From the IMG/VR virus record IMGVR_UViG_3300037842_000514: 53,870 bases of DNA; one strand, given 5' to 3'. This DNA is from a virus. Made by a program: the position numbers and the translations under genes. Positions within the stretch are counted from its first letter, which is position 1; each line of letters starts with the position of its first letter. The notes beneath the pieces are model-generated. The model worked only from the letters and a program-made list of their open reading frames with translations. It searched no databases and was not told where the DNA came from. Of this stretch, positions 47,038 through 53,870 are shown one piece after another.

Positions 47038-47717
47038 TATTTTTTCCCCTTTGGTAATAAATCAACTAATTTATTTCCTTTCCATTCTCTACTATCTACT
47101 CTACCACCTATTCTATGGTCTATCCATTTTCCCCATAATTTTTCATTTTTAGCAAATATAGACTGACCACCTTTTTGAACTTGTCTATATCCACTTGCAC
47201 TTCCCATTTCCTTAGAACCCGGTTCTGGTGTTGGATCGATTCCACCACTTTTAGTTCCCTCTGGAGGTGTAGTTGGTTTAATCAAAGTTTCCGACGTTGA
47301 ATGGAAGTTTGAGGTTTCTGGTGGAATTGTATATTCTTGTTTTCTATGAAATCCGTGGATTCCATACATTCTCTGTTTTGGTGCTAATGGTGGAGTGTCG
47401 TCTCGTAATTCATTTGCCATTATTGATGCGTATTCTTCTGGACCACTTAAATAACGATATACCATTGCTTTATCTCGTTCTGCCCGTTTTAAATTATTTA
47501 GACTTCCGTTACCACCGTAAATATTGTCCGATGCTGGAAAATCAATTTGTGTCATACCACGAGTTAAACTTGCAGGTCCCACTACTCGTCTCTCTCCACG
47601 TTTAGTGTAAAGACCGTCTGGCCATCCATCTCCAATTTCACCTAAACCTGTACCATGTCCGCCAGCTGATGACCCTTCATTTATAAGTTTTAACATTTTC
47701 GTTTCAAATTTATTCAT
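47037..47717 (-). CDS. hypothetical protein
   Basis: 226 aa, Gly/Pro-rich; starts ...KLINE. Confidence 0.6.
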   Translation of the reverse strand: MNKFETKMLKLINEGSSAGGHGTGLGEIGDGWPDGLYTKRGERRVVGPASLTRGMTQIDFPASDNIYGGNGSLNNLKRAERDKAMVYRYLSGPEEYASIMANELRDDTPPLAPKQRMYGIHGFHRKQEYTIPPETSNFHSTSETLIKPTTPPEGTKSGGIDPTPEPGSKEMGSASGYRQVQKGGQSIFAKNEKLWGKWIDHRIGGRVDSREWKGNKLVDLLPKGKK

Positions 47718-48287
47718 TCAATCTTCCAATAAGTTAGTCTTCCACCATTCAGGTGATAAATTCTCTACATGAAGTCGCGGTCTACCTCCACTAAATTTTG
47801 GTGATTTCTTTGCGGGGTCTGATGTATTACGTATGTTATCTTCTATACGACCTTCAGCGTCAATTCCAGATGCTACAGGTGGACCAGCAAATAATACATT
47901 CTTATCATCTACTCCCAACCATTTAATTACACTCCAACCTAAATTTTCTATCACATCACGTAATCTGTTTTTATATTTTTTCTTAGCTCCGTATGAAATT
48001 GCTGGAACTTCTCTGTAGTCCATAGTATAATCTTCTTCTGGATCCATTGCACCGTCACTTAAAATATATCCAATTACCTTATATCCTAAATCATTCTGTA
48101 ATTGCTTAACCCAGTCTTTGGTTTCTTGTTTATATTGATCCAATGATTTGTAAAATGTTCCTGGACCGTCATCTACTGGTGCTTTTCTGGTACCTGCACC
48201 TTCTTTTATGATAGAAATTATATCATTTTCTACTATAAAATCTCCTATTTTATCACCACTAAACTCATTTAAAATCTTTTTATGCAA
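47718..48287 (-). CDS. hypothetical protein
   Basis: 189 aa; TTG start after a GGAG RBS and a promoter-like motif. Confidence 0.55.
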   Translation of the reverse strand: MHKKILNEFSGDKIGDFIVENDIISIIKEGAGTRKAPVDDGPGTFYKSLDQYKQETKDWVKQLQNDLGYKVIGYILSDGAMDPEEDYTMDYREVPAISYGAKKKYKNRLRDVIENLGWSVIKWLGVDDKNVLFAGPPVASGIDAEGRIEDNIRNTSDPAKKSPKFSGGRPRLHVENLSPEWWKTNLLED

Positions 48288-48333
48288 TAATCTTCTCCAA
48301 GATATACTTTATCACTTATAAATATCAATTTAC

Positions 48334-48891
48334 TTAACTATTAGACAATTCTTCCTCAACTTCTATTTTCATTTTGAGTAAATCTTTGAGTGCGTCATCT
48401 GCCATTTCTTTTACTTTCTCGTCACTTTGAGTCCATTTCTCTTTCTCTATTTCTACTGACTGGACTCCAACTTGATTGTAAAATTCGGGTGTGGTCTGTG
48501 TTTTCCAATCTTCTACACTTTCTATTTGTTCGTTTAACCATGAAAGTTTATTTTTCAACACTTTTTGATTTTCCCAATCTTCAAATGTTCCATCTACCCG
48601 AAGTTTATTCTCAAATTTTACTTGACAATCAAAACATTGATTGTATAATCTATACATCTTATCATCAAGTTTCAATTTCATTATTTTATCACACTTTGGA
48701 CAAAACCATGGCATCTTTGCTTCTTGTAATACCTCCATTCTTCCATTTATTCTGTCTCTTTCGTCTTGTATCTCTTTTTTACGAGCTTTCTTTTCTTTTT
48801 TATCTTCCGTGACCACCATTATTCTTTTATTTGGCGTTTCATTTCGTAAAATGGATTCTCTTGCCTCTACGTGTCTTTGATGTTCTCCCAT
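48334..48891 (-). CDS. hypothetical protein with a Zn-finger
   Basis: CPKC...CFDC. Confidence 0.6.
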   Translation of the reverse strand: MGEHQRHVEARESILRNETPNKRIMVVTEDKKEKKARKKEIQDERDRINGRMEVLQEAKMPWFCPKCDKIMKLKLDDKMYRLYNQCFDCQVKFENKLRVDGTFEDWENQKVLKNKLSWLNEQIESVEDWKTQTTPEFYNQVGVQSVEIEKEKWTQSDEKVKEMADDALKDLLKMKIEVEEELSNS

Positions 48892-48896
48892 AACCG

Positions 48897-49931
48897 TTAC
48901 CTCAAATGTTTGTTTACTATTTTAACTGCCTCTAAAGCATGTTTTCGTGTTTGCTTTATCATTTCAAATGACTCTGGCGTTTCTGCTTTCTTAAATTTTG
49001 AATTCGATAATTGTTTCTTTGTTTGTTTTGCGTAATTACTTCTAACATTCTTTATGAATTCCTTTGAGTTTTTCATATTACTCAATCCACCTTTACCAAG
49101 AACTCCATTTTGTTCTAATGTCTTTGCCATTCCTATAATTCCAATACAGAAACTTTTTATGGATACATTTTCGGTATCTATTCCCTTATACTTAATAAGT
49201 AGTGGGTCAATCTTTATTTCTTTAATATTTATTTTTGGGTCGTTTAGTTTAACTAAAAAACGAGTTGCGTGATACATAAACTTACCAATATCTGTTGAAA
49301 TTAACTTAAACTCTATTCCTTTTCTATTTCTTGACGTAACTAAAATGTTATTCTTGAATCTTCCCAAAACACCCTCTGTTCCAAATGACATTGTTACTGT
49401 ATTTCCAAGAGCACTATATAAATTTCCAATAGTAAACCCCTTTAATCCATATTGTGGCTTATATCTTCCACTCATCCAGTCTGTATATGGTTTGAATGTC
49501 AATATCAAATCAACTTGACTATAAACTTCCTCTCCCAAATTGAAAATTACTGAATTTCCTTTGGTGTGTAATGTATCAGTAATCTCTACGTTTTTTGGAG
49601 CCTTTGTTTTTACATAAGTAAGAAAAGTTTCAAGATATTTTCGTCTTATTGCATTTTCCTTCTTTCTAAAATCTTTTTGGTCTATAACTGAAATTGGTAT
49701 TTCTACCAACATATCAATATCACCATATATTTTATCAACTTTATGTTTCAAATCATGCTTATAGTAACTTGTAGATCCAACTGGAGTTAATTTACCAAGT
49801 GGTTGTAGTCCACTCGTTTTCAAAAAAACATTAAAATTTTTAACAAACCTCTCAAACTCTTTTACTGACGCCTTCACTATCATTGGAGTTAATTTAGTTT
49901 TCTGGGTTTTTACTGTTTCCCATCCGCCCAT
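48897..49931 (-). CDS. Pol-beta superfamily nucleotidyltransferase-like protein
   Basis: VGST...YGDIDMLV and a third acidic strand SQVDLI. Confidence 0.6.
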   Translation of the reverse strand: MGGWETVKTQKTKLTPMIVKASVKEFERFVKNFNVFLKTSGLQPLGKLTPVGSTSYYKHDLKHKVDKIYGDIDMLVEIPISVIDQKDFRKKENAIRRKYLETFLTYVKTKAPKNVEITDTLHTKGNSVIFNLGEEVYSQVDLILTFKPYTDWMSGRYKPQYGLKGFTIGNLYSALGNTVTMSFGTEGVLGRFKNNILVTSRNRKGIEFKLISTDIGKFMYHATRFLVKLNDPKINIKEIKIDPLLIKYKGIDTENVSIKSFCIGIIGMAKTLEQNGVLGKGGLSNMKNSKEFIKNVRSNYAKQTKKQLSNSKFKKAETPESFEMIKQTRKHALEAVKIVNKHLR

Positions 49932-49934
49932 TTT

Positions 49935-50834
49935 TTATAACTCCTTTGGAATTGGGAATTTATATCTTGTTAGTGTAGTTTTGTATGCATCAAATATTTT
50001 CCTATTCAACTTTTTAAATAAAAAGTCCTTTGACTTCATCAACTTATATAATTTTTCAAATGAATCAATATCTTTAAACGTGCGTTTTGATCCGAATAAA
50101 AATTTTGCTAACTTATCCATATCCCCAATTACTTTTCTTATTTTTAGTTTAACTCGTTTTCCCTTTTCGTTTGTGGTAAAATCAACTAACTCTACACCAT
50201 TTTTCCAATTCATTTGAAATTTTCTCTTAACGTCAGGATCTTTTGTTTTTAATATCGTTTGAGAAAAAATATCTGCAATTAATAAATTACGATATACTGC
50301 TTTGTATTTACTTCTATAATCTGATGCAGAAAGTGCTTTTTTCATGAATTCTAAATCACCAATCATAACATCAATCTGAACATATCCAGGATCACCTAAA
50401 TCATTTCCATCTTTATCTACAGCGTTTAGTTGAGTACCACTTTTATCTACAAGTGGGGTGATGAAGTGAGCCTGTTTTAATCCCTTATTAATTTTATGAT
50501 CCTTAATTTTAGTTCTACCTAAAAACTTATCTAACTCTCCCCAAAATTCAGTTGCTTCACCGTTAAACTTCATAATTTTAGCCATGACTGATACATCTAC
50601 TGCAATATCAATATCCCCTAAAAATGGTTTTTTATAGTTTCCTATGATTGTGTATTTTAATTTTTTTAGACCAGCATCTACGAGAGATTTTTTGATTGTA
50701 GCATCCAGATGTTCACTTGGGACTACTGAATTTACATCACTAAAAACATTACCACCTTCAAGTAATAAACGTTTAAAATGTCTCTTTATTTCTTCTCGTA
50801 TTAATTTTCTTACACTATTTTCCGTTATCATCAA
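49935..50834 (-). CDS. Pol-beta superfamily nucleotidyltransferase-like protein with leader
   Basis: IIGN...LGDIDIAVD and VQIDVM; leader ends LLLE|GGN. Confidence 0.6.
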   Translation of the reverse strand: MMITENSVRKLIREEIKRHFKRLLLEGGNVFSDVNSVVPSEHLDATIKKSLVDAGLKKLKYTIIGNYKKPFLGDIDIAVDVSVMAKIMKFNGEATEFWGELDKFLGRTKIKDHKINKGLKQAHFITPLVDKSGTQLNAVDKDGNDLGDPGYVQIDVMIGDLEFMKKALSASDYRSKYKAVYRNLLIADIFSQTILKTKDPDVKRKFQMNWKNGVELVDFTTNEKGKRVKLKIRKVIGDMDKLAKFLFGSKRTFKDIDSFEKLYKLMKSKDFLFKKLNRKIFDAYKTTLTRYKFPIPKEL

Positions 50835-50842
50835 TTCTCTCC

Positions 50843-52546
50843 CTAATCTACATTACGGTCTAAATACATTTGAGATACAACTTCTGGAGTATTTTTCTTT
50901 AATAAGTTTTTCATATTCTTAATTCTATTAATTGTCAATATTATACTTTTTCGTGTATCTTCACGTTTCTTTGGAATGGTTACTAATTCATCACCATCAC
51001 TTTTAAATTCAGCGGCTATTGATTTAACACTTGCTTCAAGTTTAACCAAATAACCTTCAAGTCCAGTTGGGTCTACCTTAATGCGTTTAACCAACTCTTT
51101 TTCTGCGTTCTGTAAATCATTCATGTATTTCCAATTGCGTTCTTTACGAGCAGTAAACTGATTTTTATCTACTATCTTGACCACATTTCCATCAGGAACA
51201 TATAATACAAGTCCTTCATCTTCTTCACCAAATGCACGTTGAAAATCTACTTTCAATACTTTACCTTTCATCTTTTTACCAATCAAATTTGCTATTCTCT
51301 GTATTTGATATTTGATTTTTTTATGGTGTGGTTTTCTTGCTGGGGTATTTAATAAATTTCCATATTTTTCAATCATCTTACTTAACAAAATTTCATAACT
51401 TTCTTCAAAATGAACTTGTTTTAAATTTACTTTTGGATTTGAAAAGAATTTAATGGTAGTTTTCTTATTTGCTTCTTTAGCAAATACATCGTGAAATGCT
51501 ATTGGAGTTTCTACACCATCAACTATTATTTTAAATAATACTACTATACCATCACCAATTTTTTCTGGATCATATAATACTATATTGTAATCCCATGATG
51601 GTATTGCCTCACATTCAATAGATATGTTTTTAGTATTACCTTCAATGCCAAATTTCTTTGCATATTTATCTACTATTTTCTTATATGGAATTTTCTTTAA
51701 TAATTTATGATACTTTACGAAATCTTCATAAAAATATAATGAAGGATAATCTTTTTCGTGTTTAACAGTTTTAGTTTTTGATCCTGAATAAAACCCTCCA
51801 CCCCTTATTCCAAATTGGAAAAAGTGACCATCTACCTTTTCATTAACTTCAAATTTTGTATTGTCGGCATTCCACAGTTTTAAGAAGTTTAATAAATCCT
51901 TTGGTTTCATATCCTCTATATGTTTAATACCTTCTGTTAAAACTCCCTCTGTGATACCAAATTTCGTCTTAAAGATACCATATACGGACTTATTAACTTT
52001 ACCGTATAGAGTTTTAAATGCATCCTTTGGATTATCACCTTTGAATGCATTTCTAACAACAGTTCCACTAATAGTTTTTCCATCAATTTTCATTTGAAGT
52101 TGTGGGACAGTAATTACATATCCTTTTGTTTCAAAACTTTCCATATCTTTACCTGTATATGGGTTATAATACTTTCCACTTAATCTACCAGCATCCTTTT
52201 CACCGAGACCAACTACCAACGCAGTAGTTTTCTCATCAAACTTAGACTTTATCTCTACAGTATTATATGGATTTTTAACTTGAATGATGTTAGATTTTGG
52301 AACTTTAAACATTTTAGATATTATAGCTTCTTTTTCCTTAAAATCAAATGGTGATTTACCATCAGTTTTATTTGAAGTTCCTATAAATACATTTTTCTTA
52401 CCGAATTTTTTAACTAAGAATTCGTATGCGTGATGATGTCCTTTATGATATGGTTGGAATCTACCGGAGTATACTGCTATGGTTTTTTTTATTTCACCAG
52501 TATCTTCCAATAATTCTTGTATTAACTGTGTTGCTAATTTACTCAT
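50843..52546 (-). CDS. HxGH cytidylyl/adenylyltransferase (NMNAT-like) fused to an ATP-dependent ligase-like nucleotidyltransferase domain
   Basis: YSGRFQPYHKGH and ISGTVVR in the N-domain; NEKVDG (KxDG), EDEGLVL and VVKIV in the C-domain. Confidence 0.65.
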   Translation of the reverse strand: MSKLATQLIQELLEDTGEIKKTIAVYSGRFQPYHKGHHHAYEFLVKKFGKKNVFIGTSNKTDGKSPFDFKEKEAIISKMFKVPKSNIIQVKNPYNTVEIKSKFDEKTTALVVGLGEKDAGRLSGKYYNPYTGKDMESFETKGYVITVPQLQMKIDGKTISGTVVRNAFKGDNPKDAFKTLYGKVNKSVYGIFKTKFGITEGVLTEGIKHIEDMKPKDLLNFLKLWNADNTKFEVNEKVDGHFFQFGIRGGGFYSGSKTKTVKHEKDYPSLYFYEDFVKYHKLLKKIPYKKIVDKYAKKFGIEGNTKNISIECEAIPSWDYNIVLYDPEKIGDGIVVLFKIIVDGVETPIAFHDVFAKEANKKTTIKFFSNPKVNLKQVHFEESYEILLSKMIEKYGNLLNTPARKPHHKKIKYQIQRIANLIGKKMKGKVLKVDFQRAFGEEDEGLVLYVPDGNVVKIVDKNQFTARKERNWKYMNDLQNAEKELVKRIKVDPTGLEGYLVKLEASVKSIAAEFKSDGDELVTIPKKREDTRKSIILTINRIKNMKNLLKKNTPEVVSQMYLDRNVD

Positions 52547-52695
52547 CTTCGTCCACCTTTATCAAAGTCCTTTGAAAACTTCTGTAATTTACCAAATGCT
52601 CTAAACTTTTTCATTTTCTCTTGTTTACTCCATTTCATTTTATCAAATACTTTCATTCTCTCCGTTAGTGGAAGTAGTGATGACAATTTAATCAT
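52543..52695 (-). CDS. 50-aa protein with an MIKLxxLL leader
   Basis: Manual translation MIKLSSLLPLTERMKVFDKMKW...; overlaps both neighbours. Confidence 0.5.
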   Translation of the reverse strand: MIKLSSLLPLTERMKVFDKMKWSKQEKMKKFRAFGKLQKFSKDFDKGGRR

Positions 52696-53212
52696 ATTTT
52701 ACCAACTGTGACTTCATTTTTATATGTGGATATTTCCGTTTTAATTTCTTTACTGCATTTACATTTTTATTGGAATCATCGAAAAATGCTATATCATCGT
52801 ATCCTTTTTTGATTTGGCCTTCTACCCAATCCGCTTTCTTTTGTGGATTTGCATCTGCAAGTGCTACTACAAATACATCTCCGTGGCCACTATCCTTAAA
52901 AAATTGTCTGACTGGTTTATATTTTGATCTGGCTGTAAGTATAGTTAGACGACGATTTCCAACTGCACTATGTATTCTCTTAAATACCTTAAACATACTT
53001 TTTATTTTTTTAGGGTCTATTACTTTATCAAATTCTGAAAAATCTATTTCATCACCTGGTTCTGGTTTATATACTGCGTATAGTCCTGGTGTCATTGTTA
53101 TTTTCTTTCCATTACGCATTAAATAAACTTTAGAATTAGATTTTACTAGTGTATCATCAAAATCAAATACTCGGAGTTTTTTTTCTATTAATAAATCTTT
53201 AAGTTTTATCAC
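52688..53212 (-). CDS. HAD-superfamily phosphatase (PseT 3'-phosphatase-like)
   Basis: VFDFDDTLV, ILTAR, K, FFDDS..N. Confidence 0.8.
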   Translation of the reverse strand: MIKLKDLLIEKKLRVFDFDDTLVKSNSKVYLMRNGKKITMTPGLYAVYKPEPGDEIDFSEFDKVIDPKKIKSMFKVFKRIHSAVGNRRLTILTARSKYKPVRQFFKDSGHGDVFVVALADANPQKKADWVEGQIKKGYDDIAFFDDSNKNVNAVKKLKRKYPHIKMKSQLVKYD

Positions 53213-53302
53213 TACCTAATTCCATCACATAATATAGTATTACAAACACCACCGCACTCAATAATAAAAAATCAAATTTTGCTACTATGAAATCACTAAA
53301 CA

Positions 53303-53665
53303 TTACTTATCTAGCTTCCAACGTTTATCTGCTATTTTCTTCATACTTTTAAGAATAGTTTCTAATGCAACTACACTCTGATAATTATGTTTCCAATTTG
53401 GTTTAACAAAATCTTTATTTGTCCTGTTGGCCGTATTAAATATTTTATTAGCATGACCAAGAACTGTTTTAGCATATATTCTAAATTTTTTAGTTAGTTC
53501 TTCCCTTCCACTTTCACTAATAATCTCTCTAATCTTTTTTCGTAATACTCGTTCTTGTAATTCATCTTTTGCCATCATCATCTCCCGTTTAGATATTTTA
53601 ACTTTTTGTTTTCCGATTTCTCTCGGTTTGTCTATGTGAAATTGTGCTATTATTTTATATCCCAA
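53303..53665 (-). CDS. hypothetical protein
   Basis: Leader-like VLRKKIREIISE; the true start is probably internal. Confidence 0.45.
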   Translation of the reverse strand: MGYKIIAQFHIDKPREIGKQKVKISKREMMMAKDELQERVLRKKIREIISESGREELTKKFRIYAKTVLGHANKIFNTANRTNKDFVKPNWKHNYQSVVALETILKSMKKIADKRWKLDK

Positions 53666-53870
53666 GTTTTAATAGATTTTAAAACATAAGTAAGCGTTCC
53701 AACCTCATAATTAAATGCCTTTGCTAATTTATCATTTTTAAGATGTAAAATCATTGAGTATTTCTTAAATGTTTCTATTGAAGATTTAAGTGTTTTTACT
53801 ATAGCCATTTTATTTCCAGCACCTGCATATTCATTCAAAAGTTCTTCTCTGATGAGTTCTCTTAGTTGTG
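53650..53870 (-). CDS. hypothetical protein with leader, truncated at the window edge
   Basis: The frame is open to the edge: QLRELIREELLNE|YAG. Confidence 0.55.
   Translation of the reverse strand, partial: QLRELIREELLNEYAGAGNKMAIVKTLKSSIETFKKYSMILHLKNDKLAKAFNYEVGTLTYVLKSIKTWDIK

Noticed and set aside
70-53126. All plus-strand ORFs in the track
   Set aside because: They are antisense shadows of clear minus-strand genes, with no recognisable motifs or RBS.
1-53870. Stop-codon reassignment
   Set aside because: PolB, terminase, portal and helicase are intact in the standard code; all breaks are explained by inteins, introns or a frameshift.
1-53870. tRNA, rRNA or CRISPR arrays
   Set aside because: None recognised by eye and intergenic gaps are short; a tRNAscan/Infernal run would be needed to exclude them fully.

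Overview
AT-rich segment of a large tailed dsDNA phage with T4-like replication and head genes; essentially every real gene is on the minus strand. In transcription order (right to left) it holds: (i) a block of small and enzymatic proteins sharing an N-terminal leader (HAD phosphatase, NMNAT-like/ligase-like fusion, two Pol-beta-fold nucleotidyltransferases); (ii) terminase, portal and head genes; (iii) a tail module (chaperone with a probable frameshift, tape measure, baseplate); (iv) thyX, a PolA-like gene, ssb, recA/uvsX, 5'-3' exonuclease, helicase, class II RNR and PolB; (v) a 7-deazaguanine cluster (queD, queE, dNMP kinase, DpdL-like, TGT-fold protein, folE2, dUTPase-fold protein, no queC); (vi) clamp, clamp loader, ClpP, Nmad1, a Cas4-like nuclease and a glycosyltransferase. 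Main highlights: nrdJ and recA are each broken by a split intein followed within 5-15 nt by a group I intron (one only 175 nt); the deazaguanine cluster looks pre-replicative; and a repeated leader ending in (I/L/V)-x-E suggests a large set of capsid-packaged, protease-matured cargo enzymes. All annotations come from manual motif recognition; no database searches were run.
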